Assembly (NCBI GenBank): GCA_044356725.1
Contig: JBIKVS010000006.1
Span: 1 to 61,503 of the forward strand
DNA: 61,503 bases
Direction of reading: 5' to 3'
Source of the DNA: Minisyncoccia bacterium
GTDB lineage: Bacteria; Patescibacteriota; Minisyncoccia; SW-4-49-11
The number at the start of each line of letters is the position of its first letter. Position 1 is the stretch's first letter. A model generated the notes under the pieces. The model searched no databases. It saw only the letters and a program-made list of their open reading frames with translations, and had not been told where the DNA came from. Made by a program: the position numbers and the translations under genes. Shown one piece after another: positions 1 to 8,957 of this stretch.

Positions 1-3000
1 AAGCCCAAAACATTAAGACAATAGAATCTCTTCCTGTAAAGAAAGCAGATACAAAGCTTAGCAAAGCAATCGTAGCAAAGATAAAGTGAGGGATGAATAA
101 ATACAAACTATTCTCTATAACTTGTTTAGCTGCTCCCTTTGGAGTTACTTTATATTTGAGATTCTTTCTTCGTAATACTCCTATCAAGGCTAAGAAGAAT
201 ATTGGCCATGTAGCAATACTGATAACTCTTCCTGCCCATAGCATTCCCCTCTCTTCATTTGGCCTTACATTGAATTTCTGTAGCCAAAATGATATTAGCT
301 CCATAATACCAATAATAGGAAGATAGAAAGTAAGGAATGGAATTAAATCTATACGAGCAATATCTAATCCAAAGAAAAAGTATAGAATTAATCCTATAAT
401 TCCTAATACGGAGACAATCCCTGTAAAATAGTGTTGCTGTAATATGAAATAATATGCTTTTTGTCTCAAGGTCATAGACTGGAATAATTTAAAGCTATGA
501 TTAAATAGAATATCAATACATCCATATGCCCAACGCATTTGTTGGTTAAAATAGGCTTTCCATGTACTAGGTCCTTCCCCAATGGCTAATACTTCTGGTA
601 CATATACACTTTCCCATCCTTGAGCATGTAATTCCATACCCGTTATCAAATCTTCGGTAATATGCGCGGTATAATAGTTAATAGATTCTAGAGCTTTGAC
701 TCTCACAACATGATTTGCCCCAATTAGGGTATTCATTTTCATCCCATCTAATCCTCGCAATATATGTCCATAAAAATTATATTGTTTTTCTGCCGCTCCC
801 TTTGTAATATATGATGTGTCTGTATTCCCATAAATTTGTGGAGTTACCACAAATCCAACTTTAGGATTATTGAAGTATCCTAAGGTTTGGGTTAAAAAGT
901 TAGCATTTGGTATAAAGTCAGTATCTATCTGAGCAATAATATCATAGTTATGTCCATGACTATCATGCCAAGCATTATGATTTCCTCCTTTTGTCTTGGC
1001 CTTAAATTTACCTGATTCTTGGTTATAATGCTCTAAGCCATTTCGAGTAAAGTACTTTACTCCATATTGTTTACATATAGCTTGTGCTTCTTTGCTATTC
1101 CCTTCATCCAATAGCCATGTATCATGAGGATAATCTGCTGATACCATTGCAGGTAAACATTGATGTAATAAATCTATAGACTCTGAAGCAGGAACAAAGG
1201 TAGTCAAAAAGGCTACTTTAAGTCCCTTTTTAGGCTTTGGAGTTTTTCTTGTTTTGATATGAGATGCAACAAGCCAATTGAATCCAGTCATGACAATAGG
1301 ATGCCATACAATATAACTCACACCTAAAAAGAGAAGAATATCAAAGATCTGCCATATTCCCTGAAAATTATTCGGAATACGAGATAATTGAAACCACCAT
1401 ATCGCAAAGATACCAACAAAAGCAATTGCTATAGTAGATAGTATTTGATGTAATAAATTATTACTTAGAGGTGTTTTATCTAATACTTTTGCTCTTACTT
1501 TTAAGAAAGAATAAAGTGTAATTACAGCTAATATAACATTCCATACAATCCAAAATTTAACTCCCCCACCATCTGTACTCAAAACTATATCTGTTCCTTG
1601 ATTGTATATCAATATTAATAATGCTCCAAGATATACTGATACATAAACTGCGAGGATTAAAATACCTTGAGTAAATGCATTTGATATTGTTGTATGTTTA
1701 GCATTAGTTGGTATCCACGCTATACTTTTACCCATTATAACAGAAACTACTGAATGAGTACTTGCTACAATTTGAATCATTGATGCAAAAAATACTTCTT
1801 TTTTAAATGGAGTTAAATGATATAGTGGATATAATATAAATGAATAAAAAACCCATCCAAAGAATAAGAGAAATGCACCATTAAAGTTTGCTTGTTGATT
1901 ATATAAAAATAATAAATAAATTGCTTGGAAAGATAATATTAACTCTAGTGGTCTTAATACAAATGATAAAAATCCACTTATATTACATAATTTAATTTTC
2001 CAAGATAATTTTGAATTTCTAAATTCAGAAGATAGTACCAACTCAGAGCGACCTCTCACCCAACGATGCTGTTGATGAAAGTATGCATAAATATTATCAG
2101 GACACATACCAATAGCAAGAATGACAGGAATATATCTAGTTTTCCATCCATTGTTCAGTAATGCAAATCCAGTCCTTGAGTCTTCACTAGCAGTAACTTG
2201 TTTAGGTCCTCCGATACTTAATAATGCTTCTCTTCTATAGATAGCATTAGATCCACAACAAATTGCTGCATCAAATCTATCTCGGGCAACTTGTGTTATA
2301 CGATAAAATATTTCTTCTCTATAGGCTCCAGCATATGCTAATGGTGAGTTTTTATAAGAAGATTTTGATGTGTCAAAGTATTGTGGACTTTGTACTATTC
2401 CTATACTTCTATCCATCATATAAGGTAATAACTCTAATAGAAAATCTTTATGAGGAGCAAAATCTGCATCAAAAATTGTTATAAAGTCACCATCTGTTCT
2501 TTCAAATGCATATTTTAGATTACCTGCTTTTTTTGTCTCTCCTTTATTTGGTCTTTCAATATAAATGAATTCAAATTTTTCTGCTAACTTTTTATGATCA
2601 GAACATAGCTCTTTAGAATCATCTAAAACATAGACTTTTTTATTATTATACTTAATTTTAGATACATATTTCCATGTATTTTCTAGAACATCAATATCTT
2701 CTCCACATATAGGTAGATATATGTCCACAGAAGGATTATATTTACTATTCTTTGCTTTTCGAATTAATTTACTATGCTTATTTAAATCAAATTTTTTATA
2801 ACATAAATTAATTCCAAATGCGACAATATGGTAAAATGTAAATAATAAGATTAAAGGTAAAATAATATACGTATATATTATACTATCTTGGAATAACTGA
2901 AAAAAACCATATATGGCTATAAACCAAGTTATTAAACCAAATGAATAGAGTAATCGATTTTTCCAAACAGATGTTTTATTGACATATAAATATTTATCAA

Positions 3001-3037
3001 TATCAAGTGGATTAGGTAACATAAACAAATTAAACAT
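1..3037 (-). CDS. Fused double GT2: two cellulose-synthase-like processive glycosyltransferase modules in one polypeptide; 3' end lies beyond the window
   Basis: Absent from the ORF track because it runs off the left edge. Hand translation from ATG at 3037 (MFNLFMLPNPLDIDKYLYVN...) is stop-free to position 1 (>1000 codons); first in-frame upstream stop at 3092-3094. Module 1 motifs: VLDDS, FDADF, SEDSRTG, QQHRW (2060-2074). Module 2 motifs: LLDEGN, IDTDF, TEDLITG, QQMRW (530-544). Each module is followed by hydrophobic TM stretches. Confidence 0.8.
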   Translation of the reverse strand, partial: MFNLFMLPNPLDIDKYLYVNKTSVWKNRLLYSFGLITWFIAIYGFFQLFQDSIIYTYIILPLILLFTFYHIVAFGINLCYKKFDLNKHSKLIRKAKNSKYNPSVDIYLPICGEDIDVLENTWKYVSKIKYNNKKVYVLDDSKELCSDHKKLAEKFEFIYIERPNKGETKKAGNLKYAFERTDGDFITIFDADFAPHKDFLLELLPYMMDRSIGIVQSPQYFDTSKSSYKNSPLAYAGAYREEIFYRITQVARDRFDAAICCGSNAIYRREALLSIGGPKQVTASEDSRTGFALLNNGWKTRYIPVILAIGMCPDNIYAYFHQQHRWVRGRSELVLSSEFRNSKLSWKIKLCNISGFLSFVLRPLELILSFQAIYLLFLYNQQANFNGAFLLFFGWVFYSFILYPLYHLTPFKKEVFFASMIQIVASTHSVVSVIMGKSIAWIPTNAKHTTISNAFTQGILILAVYVSVYLGALLILIYNQGTDIVLSTDGGGVKFWIVWNVILAVITLYSFLKVRAKVLDKTPLSNNLLHQILSTIAIAFVGIFAIWWFQLSRIPNNFQGIWQIFDILLFLGVSYIVWHPIVMTGFNWLVASHIKTRKTPKPKKGLKVAFLTTFVPASESIDLLHQCLPAMVSADYPHDTWLLDEGNSKEAQAICKQYGVKYFTRNGLEHYNQESGKFKAKTKGGNHNAWHDSHGHNYDIIAQIDTDFIPNANFLTQTLGYFNNPKVGFVVTPQIYGNTDTSYITKGAAEKQYNFYGHILRGLDGMKMNTLIGANHVVRVKALESINYYTAHITEDLITGMELHAQGWESVYVPEVLAIGEGPSTWKAYFNQQMRWAYGCIDILFNHSFKLFQSMTLRQKAYYFILQQHYFTGIVSVLGIIGLILYFFFGLDIARIDLIPFLTFYLPIIGIMELISFWLQKFNVRPNEERGMLWAGRVISIATWPIFFLALIGVLRRKNLKYKVTPKGAAKQVIENSLYLFIPHFIFATIALLSFVSAFFTGRDSIVLMFWA

Positions 3038-3111
3038 TATTAATACTCTAAAATACTGAACATAAGTATTTTGTTGTATATTATATTTAGTTTAATTTAT
3101 ATATTACCTAG

Positions 3112-3171
3112 GCTATATACCATGATAACATTTATATCATAGCTATATACCATCATAACATTTATATCATA
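3112..3171. repeat. Two tandem 30-bp direct repeats (one mismatch), each with an ATGATA-N7-TATCAT dyad; candidate operator upstream of the double-GT2 gene
   Basis: gctatataccatgataacatttatatcata (3112-3141) and gctatataccatcataacatttatatcata (3142-3171), read directly. Located 75-135 nt upstream of the ATG at 3037. Confidence 0.85.
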
Positions 3172-3198
3172 AATTTTGTCAGAAGTCAATAGATAAAG

Positions 3199-3226
3199 TA
3201 AAAAAGCCAGCATCGAAATACTGGCT
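3199..3226 (-). terminator. Rho-independent terminator after the 3248-3757 orphan gene
   Basis: Minus strand reads gccag-tatttcgatg-ctggc followed by tttttt (plus-strand A-run 3200-3205). Confidence 0.6.
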
Positions 3227-3247
3227 TGAGCATGAAGAAATGGAAAG

Positions 3248-3757
3248 CTATTTTCGAAAAAGTTGGAAGTAGCCCTCCTCTACAGGTTTCAAAGTATTAT
3301 CCCTTTCATCTGGGACCAAGTTGATATGAAATATTGTTTTAGGGTAAAAGCTGTGTGCCACAACCACAAGGTTATGGGGATATAGCATCTTGAGCCTTCG
3401 CACGAAGTCTTCCTGCTGGAGAACATCCTTCTTCTGAACCATCGTCGCAATGGTGATCTTGTGATCTGTCATTGTGACAGCAGATACCCCATTCCCTCGG
3501 TGAGGGATGAATGATAACTGGTCTGCCCCATCATATGGAAAGTAGATACCCATATCCTTTAGCTCTGTCTCTGTAGCTCTCTTGTATACGGTTGGGCCAA
3601 CCTCAATCAGGTTAGCTTTGTCCTGAGGAAAGCACCGTACCAGAACATTGCTGTTCTGACTAACAATGATATCCTCCATTGACTCCAAAGGAATTTTATG
3701 TTCGTTGCTAACGAACAAAGAGATTACAGTGGCCTTGGCGGGAATGATGGCGGTCAT
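3248..3757 (-). CDS. Hypothetical protein, 169 aa, compositional outlier
   Basis: ORF track; no family recognised. Two 60-nt stretches I hand-counted gave about 40% and 48% G+C, clearly above the flanks. Has its own promoter and terminator. Confidence 0.6.
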   Translation of the reverse strand: MTAIIPAKATVISLFVSNEHKIPLESMEDIIVSQNSNVLVRCFPQDKANLIEVGPTVYKRATETELKDMGIYFPYDGADQLSFIPHRGNGVSAVTMTDHKITIATMVQKKDVLQQEDFVRRLKMLYPHNLVVVAHSFYPKTIFHINLVPDERDNTLKPVEEGYFQLFRK

Positions 3758-3781
3758 GATTTGGTTGAAACGAACTCTCTA

Positions 3782-3810
3782 AGTATAATATAAAATCTAT
3801 ACTTTGTCAA
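3782..3810 (-). promoter_or_regulatory. Sigma70-type promoter for the orphan gene (TTGACA-17 nt-TATACT)
   Basis: Minus strand: ttgaca (3810-3805), 17-nt spacer, tatact (3787-3782), 25 nt before the ATG at 3757. Confidence 0.5.
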
Positions 3811-3824
3811 TTAAATTAATCCTA

Positions 3825-4511
3825 TTATTTTAGGATTTTCTCAAACTTTAATTTCAATATTCCAAATAAAAGCTCAAAGTTAGTCCATAAAGTCACATTA
3901 CTTTTACCGTTTTTTCTGGCATCGAATTGGATTGGAATTTGACTAATTTGATAGCCTTGATTTTTTGCTTTATATAAAAACTCATAGTCAAAGCCCCAAG
4001 GTGTGGGATTTAAGTCTACATTTTTTAGAATTTTTTTCTTAAACACTTTCATTCCTGATTGTATATCATAAGGTAGACCTAGTAGGATTTTACCGAAGAC
4101 TTTAGCGTATATGCGGCTTAATAGTTTTCTATACCATTTAATATTCTGCACTACCCTATTGGCTACCACAATATCAAATTTTTTCATTTTGACTAACATA
4201 TCATATAAGATTTCTGGTGGATACTGTAAATCTGCATCAATCATAGCTACAGAACTATACTTTGCTTTGCTAAAACCTTCTAATAATGATTGTGCTTTCC
4301 CTTTTGCTCCTTTTTTTAGAGTAACCTTAAGGGGATACCTTCCATTAACTTGTCTTATTATATCCAATGTCCTATCTTCTGAAAAATCATCTATTATAAT
4401 AATCTCATATTTGACTTTATTTTTAGTCATATTGGAATGAATTCGTTTAATTAACTCTTTAATATTGTGTTGCTCATTATAGGTTGGGATGATAATAGAT
4501 AAATGCTTCAT
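3825..4511 (-). CDS. GT2 glycosyltransferase, polyprenol-phosphate sugar synthase (Dpm1-like)
   Basis: The ORF track entry starts at 4580 and overlaps the upstream gene. The likely start is MKHLSIIIPTYNE at 4511, 1 nt after the upstream stop. Motifs: IIIPTYNE, IIIDDFSEDRT, DADLQYPPE. Confidence 0.8.
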   Translation of the reverse strand: MKHLSIIIPTYNEQHNIKELIKRIHSNMTKNKVKYEIIIIDDFSEDRTLDIIRQVNGRYPLKVTLKKGAKGKAQSLLEGFSKAKYSSVAMIDADLQYPPEILYDMLVKMKKFDIVVANRVVQNIKWYRKLLSRIYAKVFGKILLGLPYDIQSGMKVFKKKILKNVDLNPTPWGFDYEFLYKAKNQGYQISQIPIQFDARKNGKSNVTLWTNFELLFGILKLKFEKILK

Positions 4512-4512
4512 A

Positions 4513-5997
4513 TTAGAATGTGAGTTTATACTGATATAGAATAAGGTCGGGAGAGAATTCTCTCTCTTCAACCTTTTCAAAATTATTATCTAAATATGTT
4601 TTGAATTCTTTTTCATAACCCTGATCATAGGATAAAATTACATACATATACTTATGCCCGTCTTTAATTTTATTGACCTGCTCCTCTATTTTGGAACTAT
4701 CAAATGGAGGTATAGACGATACTTTACTTCTATCCCACATTGGGAATGTCTCAACACTGGTAATACCTTGATAATAATATTCAAAAGGATATATGGTAAA
4801 TGGAGCTGATAGTACAATTACATCTCTAGCACTAGCTTTAGCTGTAAGATAGATTGCAATATCTTCAAAATTTTCTTTGACTGGAGTATAGGGACTAAAA
4901 ATCTGCAGTAATAATGATATCCCTATTATCACTATTACTCCTAAATATAATATTCTCATTTGTCTGCTAAAATAGGTGCTAATTAAATAAATAATATATA
5001 AGTATAAGAATAAAGAACTTACAATAAGATATCTAGATAAAAATATAGGCCTTAAATAACTAAGTATAAAAGCTAAACCAATTGGTATTAGGATTTGGAA
5101 TATAACAAAAGTTGTAAATACTAAATATTTTAATTTTCTTTGTAAAGAGGTGAATATTATTATTACTATAATTGGCCAACTAGATAGAATAATACTATTA
5201 ATAAGATCGGTTTGAAATCCAAATATGTATTGAGAAAATATATTGAAAAAGTCAATAGAGGTTGGCGATTGTAATACTGGCTTCGTATTAGCAGCTGAAC
5301 CAAGACTTATTACATAATAGATCCAAGGAGTTATAGATAATAGAATAATAATTGCACTAATAATAAATTTTGGAAATAAATTTTTATGAAATTGCTTATA
5401 GCTAATTAAGTAGAATAAAGCATTAGCTATTAAAAATAACCAATAAAAATAATGTGTATATATACCTGAGATTGCTGTGACTATAAATCCAATCCAACTC
5501 TTCTTAGCATCCTTTTGTAGTATATCGATGAAGAAGATGCTATTTAATACGGCTAAAAGTAGCAATAAACTATACATCCTGGCTTCATTAGCATACCAGT
5601 TAATAAATGGAGATAGTATAAAGATAATTGTAGTCATTAAAGCTATTCTTTTTGTATAAAGTTTACTAGCTAAGATATACACAAATGGAATTGAGATTAT
5701 AGATATTAGTAAGGATAAATATCTAGCCGATATAATACTATTATTAAATATACCTTGCCAAAAATGTAATATAATGTGATATAAAGGTACATGTACATCC
5801 CTGCCTACAATATCTAGTATTTCAGGAATACTATGACTAACTTGCCAAATACTTTGAGCTTCATCTAATCGTATACTATTTAAGTGTATTAATGGGATAG
5901 ATATAGCAATACTAATAAGAGTAAAGAATAGTATTGTAATCCAATCTAAATTCCATAAATTATAGCGAGAGTTTTGAATAGGGATAAACTTCATCAT
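4513..5997 (-). CDS. GT39/ArnT-like (GT-C fold) polytopic membrane glycosyltransferase
   Basis: 494 aa with many TM segments. N-terminal LDEAQSIW...DVHVPLYHIILHFW loop is typical of PMT/ArnT-type enzymes. Start overlaps the upstream stop by 4 nt (ATGA). Confidence 0.65.
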   Translation of the reverse strand: MMKFIPIQNSRYNLWNLDWITILFFTLISIAISIPLIHLNSIRLDEAQSIWQVSHSIPEILDIVGRDVHVPLYHIILHFWQGIFNNSIISARYLSLLISIISIPFVYILASKLYTKRIALMTTIIFILSPFINWYANEARMYSLLLLLAVLNSIFFIDILQKDAKKSWIGFIVTAISGIYTHYFYWLFLIANALFYLISYKQFHKNLFPKFIISAIIILLSITPWIYYVISLGSAANTKPVLQSPTSIDFFNIFSQYIFGFQTDLINSIILSSWPIIVIIIFTSLQRKLKYLVFTTFVIFQILIPIGLAFILSYLRPIFLSRYLIVSSLFLYLYIIYLISTYFSRQMRILYLGVIVIIGISLLLQIFSPYTPVKENFEDIAIYLTAKASARDVIVLSAPFTIYPFEYYYQGITSVETFPMWDRSKVSSIPPFDSSKIEEQVNKIKDGHKYMYVILSYDQGYEKEFKTYLDNNFEKVEEREFSPDLILYQYKLTF

Positions 5998-7556
5998 TTA
6001 TCTATAGTTAAATTTGAATTAATAGGCACTGTTTCAAGATATTCTATATTTGAACTTACTTTACTTTGCTGAAAGTTAGGTAAGGATGCCCTGAGAAAAG
6101 GAAATATGATTATAATATTAAGTATTATCCAAGTAATATTGGCAAAAAGCGATGCGTTTATGCCATTACTGTATAGATAGTATGAAGTTCCAATGACACT
6201 AATTGCTATATATGCAAGATGCATCCAATTAAGATGGATAAAGTTGCCTGAGACTTGTGTTTTAGATGTTATACTAAAACCATTTTTCTGCCCACTCAAT
6301 ACAGCGAATAGAGCCTGAATATGAATCATAAATGAGCTCATCGAGAAGGCCAGACCTTTGAAAGAATAGGTAAAATTACTACTTCTCTGCAAAATATACA
6401 TTACTAGATAAATATATGGGATAAAGACCAATGCAATAATCATACTAGAGTTTACTAATGGCACACTGCCAGTAAACAAGAATATAATTGGTAAAATCAT
6501 ATTGAGGAGAAATACTATACCTGAGAGATAATAGCTAGCTGAGGCTAAATATTGTAATTTTTGGGATAAAGATAAACCCCTATTGAATAAAGGGTTATAT
6601 TTGAATATTATTTCTAGACTACCTCTGGCCCATCTAAATTGTTGTTTATAATATGACATAAAGTCCTCAGGGGCTAAACCTTCTGCTAATACTTCTGGGA
6701 CATATACTGATTTCCAACCTTTAGAATGGACAAATAAAGATGTTAAAAAATCCTCTGCGATATTGGTCTCACACATACCACCAGCTTCCATAATAGCCTC
6801 TCTTTTCAATACCATATTAGTACCACACATAAAGACAGAGTTGGTTTTATTCTTACCCTTACAAATAGCTCCGAAAAACAATTCCTGTTGTCTCCAAGCT
6901 CCTTCTGTGACTAGATTCTGACTATGATTTTTATAGTATTGTGGTGTCTGTACAAATCCAACTCTTTCGTCTATAAAATAGCCCATCGTTTTTTGTAAAA
7001 AGTCTTCAGATGGAACATGATCAGCATCAAATACTACAAAGTAATCACTATCAGTATGTAATAAGGCATTATTTATGTTACCAGCTTTAGCTCCATGTGG
7101 TTTTTTTCTTGTAATACAATGTATGCCTAAATCTTTAGCTAATTGTTCAACATCTTTCCAATTATCTTTCTTCGCTACAAACCCATCATTCAATAGATAA
7201 ACTTCAAATTTAGGATAAGTCATATTCTTAGCAGCAACTGCAGTTTGTTTAATAATTTCAATTGGCTCCCCTGCTACTGTAATGAATATATCTACTTTTG
7301 GAGAGAAGTTCTTATCATATATATTAGTAGCTTTAGTATCCCAAACTGTTATAATATAGCTGATAATCTGCCATAAATGAAATATTTCTCCTACAATCAG
7401 GATACCATACAGCCAATAATTACTAGGGGTGATGAAAAATGTTATAAATATAAAGTAAATGATAGAGACTAAAGCTACTCCAATCAGTAGAGTTTTGGAT
7501 GCTTGAGTGTTATTTAGAAAAATTGTTCTAGGATTATATTGTGATGTATTCTTCAT
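5994..7556 (-). CDS. Cellulose-synthase-like processive GT2 (BcsA-like)
   Basis: Motifs: LLNDG, VFDADHVP, GTNMVLKREA, AEDFLTS (TED), QQFRWARGS (QxxRW). TM segments flank the domain. Confidence 0.8.
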   Translation of the reverse strand: MKNTSQYNPRTIFLNNTQASKTLLIGVALVSIIYFIFITFFITPSNYWLYGILIVGEIFHLWQIISYIITVWDTKATNIYDKNFSPKVDIFITVAGEPIEIIKQTAVAAKNMTYPKFEVYLLNDGFVAKKDNWKDVEQLAKDLGIHCITRKKPHGAKAGNINNALLHTDSDYFVVFDADHVPSEDFLQKTMGYFIDERVGFVQTPQYYKNHSQNLVTEGAWRQQELFFGAICKGKNKTNSVFMCGTNMVLKREAIMEAGGMCETNIAEDFLTSLFVHSKGWKSVYVPEVLAEGLAPEDFMSYYKQQFRWARGSLEIIFKYNPLFNRGLSLSQKLQYLASASYYLSGIVFLLNMILPIIFLFTGSVPLVNSSMIIALVFIPYIYLVMYILQRSSNFTYSFKGLAFSMSSFMIHIQALFAVLSGQKNGFSITSKTQVSGNFIHLNWMHLAYIAISVIGTSYYLYSNGINASLFANITWIILNIIIIFPFLRASLPNFQQSKVSSNIEYLETVPINSNLTIDK

Positions 7557-7566
7557 AGAATTGTCG

Positions 7567-8823
7567 TTATTTATAAGCTTCTACAATATCTCTCTCTGAG
7601 AGAGTAGCAAAGTAATTAGGTAGTAAATTATTATAGATAGCCAGGCCAAACCAAGCCCAGTTAGTGTCATAATAACCTAATTGCTCTCTCCATTGCTGCG
7701 TATCGCGGTTGTATAGAGGTAGTAATTTTTGTTCATAAATCTGTTTGGCAACGGTTGGATTGACAAGGGCAAAGTATCCTATATTGGTTCCAATAACTGC
7801 TGGAGAAGAGCCCTTATCTAATATTTCTCCACTATGAGAATAAGTATTATAGATATTCTCGTCAGTATTCCAGATAGATAACAAGAAATCATTGTCTTGG
7901 AAATATTGTTTAGCCCTATTATCTCCATACCATAGATAATCTAAATATAGTCTCCACATCACTCTATGAGCATCAAAACTATAATTAGTAGTAATATTAG
8001 TACTTGCAGGAGCTCGTAGTTCTCCTGTTTTTCTATCTATAATTACCCAGTCTGGGGGCAAGCCTACAGATTTATCTTTATCTAGGGGGGAAGCTGAGGA
8101 TTGATTGATTATTTCATACGAAGTATCTATAACCCCCTGCCAATCATTATTTGGATTAATAACAGCAAACATCTTATATGCATAAGGTGCATAGTAAGAT
8201 GGATTTAATAGAACAGTATCTTGATTAAATTGCTCTATATCATTAGAGGTAATATATGGCTTACCATTTATTATCACCACACTTTCATCCCAGATAGCAT
8301 TAATAATACTATCTGCTTCCAATAAATATCTAGAATCATTCCAACGAGCATAAGCGAATAGGAGAGCCATTGCAATATCTGTATCTCCATCTATAGCGGC
8401 ATTCTGTCCTCCAATATTATTTAGTACCCCATAACTACCATCTTCTCTTTCACCAAATAACCAAGCAAATAGTTTATTATCCTTCCAAAGATTATCTTTT
8501 GTCCATTGCCAACTTTTATCAAAAGTCTCTTTATCATCTTGCCAAACAGCTCTTAACATAGTATAGCTCTGCCCCTCAGAGGTAGTAATATTATCTCGCT
8601 GTTTATCTAATGTTCTGAAAGTTCCCTCTTCAATATACTCATCTTTATAACCTTCCCATAAAGACTTTAGCATTGCCTGATTTGAAAATATATAATTATT
8701 CTTAATTGAAATCTCTTTTACCCATGAGGTATCAATTAGAGTGAAAAATGTAATACCTATCAATATAATAAATACACCTATCCAGATTGTCCTATTGAGT
8801 ATGCTTAATATATTATTTAACAT
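7567..8823 (-). CDS. Glycoside hydrolase family 8 endoglucanase (BcsZ-like) with N-terminal TM anchor
   Basis: TSEGQSYTMLRAVW and AIDGDTDIAMALLFAYARW match the GH8 catalytic-region signatures. Confidence 0.75.
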   Translation of the reverse strand: MLNNILSILNRTIWIGVFIILIGITFFTLIDTSWVKEISIKNNYIFSNQAMLKSLWEGYKDEYIEEGTFRTLDKQRDNITTSEGQSYTMLRAVWQDDKETFDKSWQWTKDNLWKDNKLFAWLFGEREDGSYGVLNNIGGQNAAIDGDTDIAMALLFAYARWNDSRYLLEADSIINAIWDESVVIINGKPYITSNDIEQFNQDTVLLNPSYYAPYAYKMFAVINPNNDWQGVIDTSYEIINQSSASPLDKDKSVGLPPDWVIIDRKTGELRAPASTNITTNYSFDAHRVMWRLYLDYLWYGDNRAKQYFQDNDFLLSIWNTDENIYNTYSHSGEILDKGSSPAVIGTNIGYFALVNPTVAKQIYEQKLLPLYNRDTQQWREQLGYYDTNWAWFGLAIYNNLLPNYFATLSERDIVEAYK

Positions 8824-8881
8824 TGATTATATCTATAATAATTGTTATTAAATAACCTGCATAATTAAAAGTATCACAATA

Positions 8882-8914
8882 AACAACTTTTGTCAATAGT
8901 TGACAAAAGTTGTT
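8882..8914. promoter_or_regulatory. Perfect 15-3-15 palindrome (aacaacttttgtcaa tag ttgacaaaagttgtt): operator and/or terminator between the AlbA_2 gene and the GH8 operon
   Basis: Arms checked base by base. Contains TTGACA on both strands. Lies 59-91 nt upstream of the GH8 start and 44 nt after the AlbA_2 stop. Confidence 0.7.
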
Positions 8915-8957
8915 GTTAATTTATTTGTTGATGTCTATTTTATAGCTTAAAATAGAG

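Noticed and set aside
330-3037. A 2.7-kb stretch with no long ORF in the supplied track. I initially suspected stop-codon recoding (an alternative genetic code) or a pseudogene.
   Set aside because: Hand translation of the minus strand from ATG 3037 is stop-free under the standard code all the way to position 1. The ORF is missing only because it lacks a stop inside the window. All other genes also read cleanly in the standard code.
4111-4440. Antisense or overlapping ORF-track entries inside well-supported genes. Examples: 4111-4440, 5477-5659, 9544-9735, 9955-10194, 18386-18673, 23205-23582, 37093-37392, 43387-43698, 49540-49842, 53563-53967, 54830-55102 and 58676-58891.
   Set aside because: Each lies entirely within a longer ORF on the opposite strand that has strong family motifs. 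Their products are low-complexity or hydrophobic with no recognisable features.
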